NCBI GenBank assembly: GCA_964366725.1
Contig: CAYIUL010000001.1
Coordinates: 1-51,984, forward strand
DNA: 51,984 nucleotides
Source of the DNA: an uncultured Candidatus Saccharibacteria bacterium
GTDB taxonomy: Bacteria; Patescibacteriota; Minisyncoccia; 2-02-FULL-40-12; GWA2-44-9
Direction: 5' to 3'
A program made the translations under genes and the position numbers. Under the pieces are notes generated by a model. The model was not told the origin of the DNA. It searched no databases and was given only the letters and a program-made list of their open reading frames with translations. Positions 1 through 8,084 of this stretch are shown here, piece after piece. Within the stretch, counting starts at the first letter, position 1. The number at the start of each line of letters is the position of its first letter.

Positions 1-1
1 G

Positions 2-292
2 ATAAGCGATTCGAACGGCGATATTATCGCCTGGTCTTCGGCCGGCTCCCTCGGTTTCAAGGGCACCAAGAAATCCACTCCTTACGCCGCCAATCTGGTT
101 GCCAAGGATTGCGTGGAGAAGGCCAAGAAGTTCAATTTAATGAATATCAAGGTGATCGTTAAGGGTATCGGGCCGGGCAGAGAGTCGGCCATCAGAGGGC
201 TTGCCGGTTCGGGATTGAATTTAACCGGTTTACAGGATGCTACCCCCGTCGCTCACAACGGCGTCCGACGCAAAAAACCAAGACGAGTATAA
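2..292 (+). CDS. rpsK: 30S ribosomal protein S11, C-terminal part (5' end outside window)
   Basis: Frame 2 reads ...KVIVKGIGPGRESAIRGLAGSGLNLTGLQDATPVAHNGVRRKKPRRV and stops at TAA 290-292. This matches the conserved S11 C-terminus, and rpsD-rpoA-rplQ follow as in the alpha operon. Confidence 0.9.
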   Translation: MSDSNGDIIAWSSAGSLGFKGTKKSTPYAANLVAKDCVEKAKKFNLMNIKVIVKGIGPGRESAIRGLAGSGLNLTGLQDATPVAHNGVRRKKPRRV

Positions 293-298
293 ACACAT

Positions 299-937
299 AT
301 GGCAAGATATACCGGACCAAAAGAAAAGTTAGAAAGGCGCATCGGCCAAAAGCTCTACCTTAAGGGCGAGCGTTCGTATTCCCAGAAATCGGCGATGACC
401 AAGAAGCCGTATCCGCCCGGAATGCACGGCCAGAAAGGCACTCGCAAGAAGCTGTCCGAATACGGCCAACAGCTCAAGACCAAGCAGAAGGTCCGGAACA
501 CCTACCGGATGCTGGAGAAGCAGTTCAAGAAATACGTCAAAAACGCCATCCACTCCAAGAAAAACCCCTATGAATACATTATGAACCGGCTGGAGATGCG
601 TCTGGACAACGTGGTCTTCCGAATGGGCCTGGCCCAGTCCAGAGACCAGGCCAGACAGCTTGTGAACCACGGGCATATTCTGGTGAATGGCAGAAAGACC
701 GATATTCCTTCATTCGAAGTAGGCAGAGATGACGAAATCAAGATCAGGGAAGGCAGTTTGAAAAGCCCGTATTTCTCCTCATTGATGCCCCAGTGGCTCA
801 AGAAGGGCGAGGTCCCGAGTTGGATATCCTTCGATAAAGACAAGCTGGTCGCGAATATCAAAGGGACGCCGACATGGGCGGAGAGCGGAATGGATATGAC
901 GGATATTCAGACAATAATCGAGTTTTATTCACGATAA
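299..937 (+). CDS. rpsD: 30S ribosomal protein S4
   Basis: 212 aa. MARYTGPK N-terminus and S4 RNA-binding domain (RLDNVVFRMGLAQSRDQARQLVNHGHILVNG). Operon context fits. Confidence 0.95.
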   Translation: MARYTGPKEKLERRIGQKLYLKGERSYSQKSAMTKKPYPPGMHGQKGTRKKLSEYGQQLKTKQKVRNTYRMLEKQFKKYVKNAIHSKKNPYEYIMNRLEMRLDNVVFRMGLAQSRDQARQLVNHGHILVNGRKTDIPSFEVGRDDEIKIREGSLKSPYFSSLMPQWLKKGEVPSWISFDKDKLVANIKGTPTWAESGMDMTDIQTIIEFYSR

Positions 938-988
938 AAAATAATATATGTTATGCGCTGATTATTAAGGCGCATTACATAACAAAAA

Positions 989-1732
989 ATGTTACAGCTA
1001 CCGGAACAAATTAAGGTCGTATCGCGTGATGGCAACAAAGGAGTGTTTGAGATCTCTCCTCTGATGCCAGGTTATGGGGCAACTATCGCCAATCCTTTGA
1101 GGCGCGTTTTGCTGTCCTCGCTGGAAGGCGCGGCTATCACCTCGGTCAAGATAAAAGGCGTTGACCACGAATTCTCTTCAATGCCGGGAGTGCTGGAGGA
1201 CGTCATTGAGGTCATTCAGAACGTCAAAAAGATAAGATTCAAGCTTCACGGCGATGGTCCGGTCAAACTGACCGTCCAAGCCAAGGGTGAGGGGGAAGTC
1301 AAAGCCAGTGATATTAAACTCACTTCTGATGTCGAGCTGATAAACGAAGACCAGCACATCGTCACCCTTACCGACAAAAAGGCGGAGTTCAGCATGGAAC
1401 TCGACATAGAAAAAGGCGTCGGCTATGTTCCGGTTGAACAGAGGCAGAAAGAGAAGTTGGCCATCGGCGTCATTGCCGTTGATGCCATATTTTCACCGGT
1501 TAAGATAGTTAATTTTAAGGTGGAGAACACCCGTGTCGGCCAGAAGATCGACTACAACAAGATAACTTTGGAAGTTGAGACCGATGGCTCTATCCAGCCG
1601 GAAGCGGCTGTTAAGCGTGCCGCCGAAATATTGGTTGACCATTTTAAGATAGTGTCCGAAATAGCGGTTCCCGAAGACAAGCCGAAAACAAAGAAGGTTA
1701 AAGCACCCAAGGCCAAGAAGGCAGCTAAATAA
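989..1732 (+). CDS. rpoA: DNA-directed RNA polymerase subunit alpha, N-terminal domain only
   Basis: 247 aa. Alpha-NTD motifs are present (ANPLRRVLLSS, VDAIFSPV, ITLEVETDGSIQPEEA). The protein ends in a Lys-rich tail with no CTD, and rplQ starts 9 nt later. Confidence 0.9.
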   Translation: MLQLPEQIKVVSRDGNKGVFEISPLMPGYGATIANPLRRVLLSSLEGAAITSVKIKGVDHEFSSMPGVLEDVIEVIQNVKKIRFKLHGDGPVKLTVQAKGEGEVKASDIKLTSDVELINEDQHIVTLTDKKAEFSMELDIEKGVGYVPVEQRQKEKLAIGVIAVDAIFSPVKIVNFKVENTRVGQKIDYNKITLEVETDGSIQPEAAVKRAAEILVDHFKIVSEIAVPEDKPKTKKVKAPKAKKAAK

Positions 1733-1740
1733 ACAAAGTC

Positions 1741-2088
1741 ATGCGAAAGGGAAATAAAAGAAAATTCGGTAGAGAGACGGTCCAGAGAAAAGCGCTTTAC
1801 AAGTCGCTGGCCACCGCATTGGTTGAACACGGCAAAATAAAGACAACTGTCGCCAAAGCCAAGTCCCTTTCCGGCCATTTCGACAAAATGGTTACCATAG
1901 CCAAAAAGCAAACATTGGCCGCACGGAGATTGCTCCAGTCGCAGATAGGGGACAAGGCCGTCAAAAAGCTTGTAACCGAGATAGCTCCGGGCTTTGAAGG
2001 CAAGAAAGGCGGATACACAAGAATCATCCGTCTCGGCCAGAGGCAATCGGACGGCGCCGAGATGGCAATAATAGAATTAGCCAAATAA
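1741..2088 (+). CDS. rplQ: 50S ribosomal protein L17
   Basis: 115 aa. Motifs: GRETVQRKALYKSLATALVEHGKIKTT ... GGYTRIIRLG. Confidence 0.93.
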   Translation: MRKGNKRKFGRETVQRKALYKSLATALVEHGKIKTTVAKAKSLSGHFDKMVTIAKKQTLAARRLLQSQIGDKAVKKLVTEIAPGFEGKKGGYTRIIRLGQRQSDGAEMAIIELAK

Positions 2089-2089
2089 C

Positions 2090-2431
2090 ATGCAACAGGT
2101 TTCATTGGACGCGAAAAACCAGACATTAGGACGATTGGCTTCAAAAGCCGCCATTATGTTGCGCGGAAAAGACAAACCGTCATACAAGCCGGACAAGCTG
2201 GCCGATGTTCAAGTTGTAGTTAAGAATTTAGATAAAGTAAAATTCACCGGAAACAAACTTGCCGATAAGACCTATTACCATTATTCCGGATACCACAGCG
2301 GTATCAGGGCAAGGAAGTTATCCGAGCTGTGGGTCCAAAGGCCGGAATATGTTTTCCGGGAAATGGTCTACCGGATGCTTCCCAAAAATAAATCTCGTGA
2401 TAAAGTAATTAAGAATTTAAAGTTTGAATAA
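2090..2431 (+). CDS. rplM: 50S ribosomal protein L13 (short form)
   Basis: 113 aa. L13 core motifs are present (LGRLASKAAIMLRGKDKPSY, YYHYSGYHSG, RMLPKN). Both termini are shorter than the ~142-aa E. coli protein. Confidence 0.9.
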   Translation: MQQVSLDAKNQTLGRLASKAAIMLRGKDKPSYKPDKLADVQVVVKNLDKVKFTGNKLADKTYYHYSGYHSGIRARKLSELWVQRPEYVFREMVYRMLPKNKSRDKVIKNLKFE

Positions 2432-2441
2432 ATAAAGAAAG

Positions 2442-2475
2442 AACATTCCAACATTCTTGAGAATGTTGGAATGTT
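2442..2475. repeat. 34-nt palindrome (16-nt arms, 2-nt centre), copy 1 of 3, intergenic rplM-rpsI
   Basis: AACATTCCAACATTCT-TG-AGAATGTTGGAATGTT; the arms are exact reverse complements. Related copies lie at 6150-6182 and 17093-17126. Confidence 0.9.
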
Positions 2476-2482
2476 GTAAATC

Positions 2483-3037
2483 ATGGTTACCAAGAAAACC
2501 ACAACCAAAAAACCTGCTAAGAAAAAAGAGGTTAAGAAAGCCGCCCCTGTTCAGGCCGCGATAGAACTTGAAGAAACCGAAACGCCGGTAGTCGTGGAAG
2601 AGACGACAAACGGAAACGGGAAAGAAAAGTATTTCTCGGCCGTAGGCAGGAGAAAAGAATCCGTCGCCCGCGTCCGGCTTTTCACCAAAAAGTCATCCGA
2701 CACCACCGACGGCGAGAAAGCTCTCGTTCAGGTCAACGGCAAGGACTATACCCAATATTTCTCGGATGTTAACCTCCAGAATGTCGTAGAATCGCCTTTA
2801 AAGAAGCTCAAATCAATGAACCGCTTCAAGGCCACCGTGCTGGTCAAAGGCGGCGGCTCCAGAGGCCAGGCCGACGCCGTAAAGCACGGCATCGCCCGCG
2901 CGCTTGTATTGTTTGACCTTAACTTCCGCAAGAAGCTCAAGAAATCCGGCCTGCTCACCCGCGACCCGCGTGTCAAAGAACGACGCAAATACGGCCACAA
3001 GAAAGCAAGAAAATCCGGACAGTTCAGTAAACGTTAA
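2483..3037 (+). CDS. rpsI: 30S ribosomal protein S9 with Lys/Glu-rich N-terminal extension
   Basis: 184 aa. S9 core runs from YFSAVGRRKESVARVRLF to the C-terminal KKARKSGQFSKR. About 50 extra N-terminal residues. Confidence 0.92.
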   Translation: MVTKKTTTKKPAKKKEVKKAAPVQAAIELEETETPVVVEETTNGNGKEKYFSAVGRRKESVARVRLFTKKSSDTTDGEKALVQVNGKDYTQYFSDVNLQNVVESPLKKLKSMNRFKATVLVKGGGSRGQADAVKHGIARALVLFDLNFRKKLKKSGLLTRDPRVKERRKYGHKKARKSGQFSKR

Positions 3038-3046
3038 GTAAGGCAT

Positions 3047-3580
3047 ATGAAAAAAATTGCTATTATAATCCGTGGATCTGTTGGGGTGGGTAAATCTACA
3101 GCCGCTGATGGGATCCAAAAAGCTTTGGGTTCACGAGTTTCTAAAGTAACACTTGATGATGGTTGGGCGGAAGGTGAATTTCGTTATGCCGGTGACTCAA
3201 CTCGATACAGTGACTTAGTATCCGAAAGCCCAATTCTTTTAGTTGAGCTTGCATATGGCGAGCCAGCTGGTGATGTTTTTCCCGGAGCCACAAAGAATCC
3301 CGCTGAATGGGCCGATATTCTCCGTAAAGACAGGCGCGAGATTTTTCTTTTTAAGCTTTCTGCCGACTGGGAAACAACTCGAAAACATCTGGCTAGGCGT
3401 AAACAGCCAGAGTCGGACCAAAAAGCTTGGCATGCTCGATACGAAGAAGCTGATTGGAAAAGTTTACCACAAAAACTCAACCTCCAGGAAATAGAAATTG
3501 ATACTGCCATAACTCCACCAAATATGGTGATCGATATAATCCTTGCCACCCTTAACAAGGCGTCAGAAAAGGGAGCATAG
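3047..3580 (+). CDS. P-loop NTPase / kinase-like protein
   Basis: 177 aa. Walker A GSVGVGKST at residues 10-18. No other recognisable domain. Sits 9 nt after rpsI. Confidence 0.6.
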   Translation: MKKIAIIIRGSVGVGKSTAADGIQKALGSRVSKVTLDDGWAEGEFRYAGDSTRYSDLVSESPILLVELAYGEPAGDVFPGATKNPAEWADILRKDRREIFLFKLSADWETTRKHLARRKQPESDQKAWHARYEEADWKSLPQKLNLQEIEIDTAITPPNMVIDIILATLNKASEKGA

Positions 3581-3633
3581 ATGTCGGCTAGAATTTATGG
3601 GACCACTTGAGATTAGTAACGCTAATTGAAGAG

Positions 3634-3660
3634 AGAAAACCGCTTAATAGCGGTTTTCTC
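3634..3660 (+). terminator. intrinsic terminator after the P-loop gene
   Basis: AGAAAACCGC-ttaata-GCGGTTTTCT: a 10-bp stem whose 3' arm runs into a U-rich tract. Confidence 0.7.
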
Positions 3661-3726
3661 GTAGGGCATAACATTCAGGGCTTTAAGGCCGTTGATTTTT
3701 AGAAACAAAAGTGAGAATATTTAAAA

Positions 3727-4236
3727 ATGGACTGGTTAAAACAAAATTGGTACCACATAACTCAACTACTACTTCTTCTTTGGCCTCCGAAAAAAGAAAA
3801 AGGGGTGACTATCGACAAGAATAGTGACGAAGTAGATTTGGACAAGATCAAGGGTACCACCAGAATACTCTTTATAGATGACGAGAAATTTAAAGTTTCT
3901 AACATACTTGCAGAACAGTATGGTTGGGTTAGAACCAAGTGGGTAAAGGACGTTATATCTCTAGACTCTCAGGATATACAAAATGCAGATATAATTTTTA
4001 TAGATATTAATCGTGTGGGTACAAAGCTCGGCTTTTTAAATGGTTTAGGGTTGGTTGAACCACTAAAAGGTAGGTACCCCAAAAAGAAGGTCGTCGTTTA
4101 CTCAGCAAATCCCTATAGAAACATGTCTAATCCAGCAATTCAACGAGCCGATGGGAGGTTAAAAAAATATTCAACCCCCTTTGAGTTTCAAGACTTAATA
4201 GAAACATTTGCTAAAGAAATATATGGGAACAAATAA
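3727..4236 (+). CDS. stand-alone receiver (CheY-like REC) domain protein
   Basis: 169 aa. REC landmarks: acidic pair ILFIDDE, phospho-acceptor-like IIFIDIN, VVVYSA (T/S position), LKKYSTPFEF (K-P position). Short hydrophobic N-terminus and no output domain. Very AT-rich. Confidence 0.65.
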   Translation: MDWLKQNWYHITQLLLLLWPPKKEKGVTIDKNSDEVDLDKIKGTTRILFIDDEKFKVSNILAEQYGWVRTKWVKDVISLDSQDIQNADIIFIDINRVGTKLGFLNGLGLVEPLKGRYPKKKVVVYSANPYRNMSNPAIQRADGRLKKYSTPFEFQDLIETFAKEIYGNK

Positions 4237-5270
4237 TGAAATTTCACCTCGTTAATAAGCAGGGGGAAATTCTCATATCTAATTTCTCTGATAATCACTT
4301 GGAATTTGTTGGTAAGTCGGAAGTGGGGATTATAATAAAAGATGGTCAGAAATTAAGGTTTGGAAAAGCTGAAAACGAATTTGGAACCACATTTTTACTC
4401 GCCGATGAACCCGAACTGTTAAAAAGTTCTCGTTTGTTTAAGGAGAAACTCGCCCTATATGGCGAGTTTCTTGGGGAAGTTGATAAAATCAGAGAGGATA
4501 TTTTAGAAGATACCCTACACGACTTGGTCACACTACAAACAAAACAAAATTATGAACTTTTTAGCTTAATTAATGAAGAGCATTTGTTTAAAATGCATAA
4601 CTATAAAACACAAATAAAATTAATCGAAGCATTGATTAAAAGCAACTCCGAAAAAACGGCAAAATCGCTATATGAACTAATAAGGCTAAATTCGCTTAGT
4701 ACTAACCATTTAAAACAACTGGAACTAAAGCGTTCTTTGAATAAAAATTTACAAAATCTACAATTTAAACCTTGCAATATAAAAAAGGCTGTATTTAAAA
4801 ATATTTATACTTTCTTCAGCGACTTTGATAAGAAAGGGGTGGAAATAGATATTAAAGAATCAAGTAAGTTTTTAAATCTTGACTATGATACCTTCTCTTC
4901 TGCAATATTTTTCTTTATGGATAACATATCTAAATACATCCTTCCTAAGTCCACGCTTACTGTAGAATTTGAGCAACAAAAAGACGGAAAGTTTTCGCTG
5001 AGATTTAGTATGTTTAGTCTACAAATTAAGGAGCATGAGAAGGAAAAAATTTTTGAACAGGGGTATTCTGGAGAAAACGCCATCGCACTAAATAAACACG
5101 GAAAGGGGCTAGGCATGACCAGAATGAAAACTCTTCTAGCTGTAAATAATGCTGATGTAACTTTGGAGATTATTAATAATTCCGAAACTTATCATGAGGG
5201 GTTTAGCTACGAAAACAATATCTTCACTATATTATTTTATGACTCTGACTTAAGAGAAAACTCCGCCTAG
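4236..5270 (+). CDS. cytoplasmic histidine-kinase-like protein (DHp + GHKL ATPase, G1 box degenerate)
   Basis: 344 aa. H-box-like TLHDLVTLQT, N-box FFFMDNISKY, G2-like HGKGLGM. No DxGxG G1 box at the expected position (SMFSLQI). The start ATG overlaps the REC gene's stop (TAATG at 4234-4238). Confidence 0.65.
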   Translation: MKFHLVNKQGEILISNFSDNHLEFVGKSEVGIIIKDGQKLRFGKAENEFGTTFLLADEPELLKSSRLFKEKLALYGEFLGEVDKIREDILEDTLHDLVTLQTKQNYELFSLINEEHLFKMHNYKTQIKLIEALIKSNSEKTAKSLYELIRLNSLSTNHLKQLELKRSLNKNLQNLQFKPCNIKKAVFKNIYTFFSDFDKKGVEIDIKESSKFLNLDYDTFSSAIFFFMDNISKYILPKSTLTVEFEQQKDGKFSLRFSMFSLQIKEHEKEKIFEQGYSGENAIALNKHGKGLGMTRMKTLLAVNNADVTLEIINNSETYHEGFSYENNIFTILFYDSDLRENSA

Positions 5271-5446
5271 CAAGATTCAGTAAATCTCCAACAACTGAAA
5301 AGAGCTATGGTTGTCGTTGATTTTTAGCCATAAAATGCGAGAATTTGGAGGAAACGCCGAAACCGCTGAAATTCAAACACGAATTCGTGAAGGAAATTCT
5401 TGAGGGGGGGCCTGCCTGCACAGGCAGGAAGACGACTACCTGGCCC

Positions 5447-5474
5447 TTGTAAATAACCCAAAACATGGTATAAT
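5447..5474 (+). promoter_or_regulatory. sigma70-like promoter with extended -10
   Basis: TTGTAA (5447-5452), 16-nt spacer, TGgTATAAT (-10 at 5469-5474), upstream of the 5530 ORF. Confidence 0.5.
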
Positions 5475-5529
5475 TTAGAAACAGTTCTTAAACAAGGTAG
5501 CTATGCCTGAAATAGCAAGGAGACATGTG

Positions 5530-6078
5530 ATGGACAAGAAGTTGCGTATTCTGCTCGTCGTCGGGGTCTTCGTGATGGGCTTCGTGTGGGGAACCGCGTT
5601 CGAGAGACGCTACACCGTTCGACCCCTCCAGGCGAAAGTCGAGGGATACAAGTCCGAGATGGAGATCGTCAAGGCGGTGGAGCTGGCTCGCACGAACCAG
5701 CCGGGCGCCACATTCGACTACGGCGAGTACCGCGGTCTTCCCGTCCAGCTCGTCGTCGATCCTGACGGTCGCATCATCCTCCAGATCATCTACAGCGGGG
5801 GAAATCCCGACGTGGATGCCGACATTCGTGGCGACTATCTCGACTTCCTCAAGAATCAAATCGAGATGGCCGTCGCTACAGAGAAAGGGATTCGGCTCCG
5901 CAACGGGATGTTGCTGCGTATTGAGGGCTACCCGATTTGGGGGCCTCACGGAAGCTTGGGGCCACAGGGTGGCGCCAAAAGGTTGTACTTCGGCGAGAAG
6001 GCAACTTTCGACGGCCATACCATCATCGTGCACGGAGAAGCCACAAAGCCCATCGGCTACTATCCCTACGCCCTTTAG
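5530..6078 (+). CDS. hypothetical membrane-anchored protein (GC-rich)
   Basis: ORF-track frame 5503-6078. The AAGGAGA Shine-Dalgarno at 5517-5523 favours GTG 5527 or ATG 5530 as the start. N-terminal hydrophobic helix LRILLVVGVFVMGFVWG. A terminator lies directly downstream. Confidence 0.6.
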   Translation: MDKKLRILLVVGVFVMGFVWGTAFERRYTVRPLQAKVEGYKSEMEIVKAVELARTNQPGATFDYGEYRGLPVQLVVDPDGRIILQIIYSGGNPDVDADIRGDYLDFLKNQIEMAVATEKGIRLRNGMLLRIEGYPIWGPHGSLGPQGGAKRLYFGEKATFDGHTIIVHGEATKPIGYYPYAL

Positions 6079-6085
6079 CCAGTCC

Positions 6086-6146
6086 GCCGTCACACCGAAG
6101 AAGCCGCCCACATCGGGCTCGCTCCTCGGTGTGACGGCTTTTTTAT
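6086..6146 (+). terminator. intrinsic terminator
   Basis: CCGTCACACCGA ... TCGGTGTGACGG: a 12-bp stem with a large loop, followed by CTTTTTTAT. Confidence 0.7.
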
Positions 6147-6149
6147 AAG

Positions 6150-6182
6150 AATATTCCAACATTCTTGAGAATGTGAGGATGT
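6150..6182. repeat. degenerate copy of the 34-nt palindrome
   Basis: ATATTCCAACATTCTTGAGAATGTGAGGATGT. The left arm and centre are conserved; the right arm has diverged (GTGAGGAT versus GTTGGAAT). Confidence 0.7.
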
Positions 6183-6248
6183 CGCGTCGTTTGATTTTCC
6201 GGTGGAAAATGATATTTTATACGCAAGTTCGTTAAAGAAGGAGACGCT

Positions 6249-6461
6249 ATGGCAGGACCATACGATCTATCCGGCGGAGGCGGGCTGAAGGCCCTGGCTC
6301 TCTTGGAGAGAGCCCACACCAAGCGGATGTCGGCCCGGCATCTGCGGGCCACAGCCGGAATGTATAGTGACGAAGAGGACTGGGTGCGCGACGCCCGCTC
6401 CACCGCCAAGAAGCTCGAAAAAGAAGCCGAACACCTCGAACGCATGGCGAGGGAAGAATAA
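6249..6461 (+). CDS. hypothetical protein, 70 aa (GC-rich)
   Basis: AAGGAGA lies 5 nt upstream of the ATG. The protein is charged and helical-looking with no recognisable domain. Confidence 0.55.
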   Translation: MAGPYDLSGGGGLKALALLERAHTKRMSARHLRATAGMYSDEEDWVRDARSTAKKLEKEAEHLERMAREE

Positions 6462-6669
6462 CGTGTTCCCCATTTTTGCGTTCATTTCTGCATTAAGTAA
6501 TAACGCCGGTGGAGCCGCGTTTTTTATCATATTGCATTGATTCTTTCATAGTTGTTCGGAAAACTGCAGTCGCCCCCATAAATAAAGTGGGGGTTGTTTA
6601 TTGATAAATTGATTTTTGAGTATCGGAGTGGTATCATCTGCCCAAGTGTTCTTTAACGGAGTAAAGCCG

Positions 6670-6933
6670 ATGGAAGTTACGGTTACGATCGATTGGCCGA
6701 ACCACGAGCATGTGTTCCGCCAGGTTATACGGACCACCGACCACTACAACGACGTGGAGATCAATTTCTGCCCCCTGTGTGACCGGGTAGCAAGCCAGTC
6801 CGGAATACCGACAAATAGGCACTTTGAGCATCCCAAGGGGTGCAAGTGCTATTGGTGCGTTTACTGCAACTGTGACAAGCTGCGGGAACGTGAAAGGCCT
6901 GGGCCGACGACGCAAGCGAATACGGCTGGATAG
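6670..6933 (+). CDS. hypothetical Cys-rich small protein
   Basis: ATG at 6670 within ORF-track frame 6616-6933, with GGAG 9 nt upstream. Cys pattern: CPLC ... CKCYWCVYCNC. A terminator follows. Confidence 0.5.
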   Translation: MEVTVTIDWPNHEHVFRQVIRTTDHYNDVEINFCPLCDRVASQSGIPTNRHFEHPKGCKCYWCVYCNCDKLRERERPGPTTQANTAG

Positions 6934-6955
6934 GTGTCGGCGAACCTCCCGACCC

Positions 6956-6986
6956 GCTGCCTTGATCAGGCAGCTTTTATTTTTTC
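6956..6986 (+). terminator. intrinsic terminator
   Basis: GCTGCC-ttgatca-GGCAGC followed by TTTTATTTTTT. Confidence 0.75.
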
Positions 6987-7012
6987 TAAAATTTAATTAT
7001 AATCTCTCTATA

Positions 7013-7351
7013 ATGAGCAGGTATATTTTGAAATTCAGGGCAGTAAATAAGGATATTTTTCTTGACATAAAGTCCGGGAGGAAAACAGTTGAAACAAGGG
7101 CGGCATCAGAAAGATACAATGATATAAAAGCGGGGGACACGGTTGTTTTAGTTTGCGGAAAAGAGAGATTCGGGAAGAAAGTTAAAAAAGCCAGGATTTT
7201 TAAAACCATCGGAGCTTTGCTCAAAGCATATCCCCTAAAGAAAATAATGCCGGAGTTAAGCTCGGAAAAAGAGTGGCGGCAAGAATTATACAGTTATCCC
7301 GACTACAAGAATAAAATCAAGAAATACGGTATTATTGCTTTAGAGTTATGA
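7013..7351 (+). CDS. ASCH domain protein
   Basis: 112 aa starting at ATG 7013; the upstream part of ORF 6824-7351 crosses the terminator. FRAVNKDIFLDIKSGRKTVETR ... GD pattern is typical of ASCH. Confidence 0.7.
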   Translation: MSRYILKFRAVNKDIFLDIKSGRKTVETRAASERYNDIKAGDTVVLVCGKERFGKKVKKARIFKTIGALLKAYPLKKIMPELSSEKEWRQELYSYPDYKNKIKKYGIIALEL

Positions 7352-7421
7352 AGACATACACAATGAGAATCATTGAAGGAGCCCTGACTGACGAACAAAT
7401 TAATTTCTTAGATAACTAATT

Positions 7422-7967
7422 ATGGCGGTAAAAATTACATACTTTGTTCATGGAACAACTACAGATAACGAGAGGAATATATCCTCCGGATGGTCTGATG
7501 CGGGGTTATCAGAACCGGGCAGAAAACAATCTTTAGAGTTAAAAGAGCAAACCAAGAATAAGAGCTTTGACGTAGTATTCTGTTCCGACTTAAAAAGGGC
7601 GCTTGAATCCGCAAAACTGACTTGGGAGGGGATTGTGCCGATCATTACGGACCAAAGATTGCGCGAGTGTAATTACGGTAATTATAACGGTAAGCCGTCA
7701 TCGGTAGTTGAGCCGATGCAGGAGAATATGGTCTGGGATAAATTTCCCAACGGTGAAAGCTACGAAGATGTTAAAGCCCGAATCGCGGATTTCTTGGAAT
7801 TCCTTAAGCAAAATCATGATGGCAAATCGGTTGCTATCGTGGCCCACAAAGCTCCCCAGCTTGCGTTAGAAATTTTGTTAAAAGGGAAAACCTGGGAACA
7901 AGCGTTTGCCGAGGACTGGCGAAAAACCCACGCCTGGAAACCCGGCTGGGAGTATATATTAGAATAA
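7422..7967 (+). CDS. histidine phosphatase (phosphoglycerate-mutase-like) family protein
   Basis: 181 aa. YFVHGTTTDNE at the catalytic His position, SDLKRALESA, IVAHKAP. The usual Arg of the RHG motif is missing (VHG). Confidence 0.8.
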   Translation: MAVKITYFVHGTTTDNERNISSGWSDAGLSEPGRKQSLELKEQTKNKSFDVVFCSDLKRALESAKLTWEGIVPIITDQRLRECNYGNYNGKPSSVVEPMQENMVWDKFPNGESYEDVKARIADFLEFLKQNHDGKSVAIVAHKAPQLALEILLKGKTWEQAFAEDWRKTHAWKPGWEYILE

Positions 7968-8084
7968 TGTCATACTATAACCAGCTGTTTTATACATCAA
8001 GTTTATCTGAACATTTCGTGGTATGATCTTCGGATGGAAGAGTAATGCCGCATTGTTAATTTAGGGCGTGGTATAATTTTTATT

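Noticed and set aside
5488-6162. 224-aa minus-strand ORF overlapping the GC-rich 5530-6078 gene.
   Set aside because: It is a shadow ORF typical of GC-rich DNA. The plus-strand frame has a promoter, an AAGGAGA Shine-Dalgarno site, a TM helix and a downstream terminator. The minus frame has none of these.
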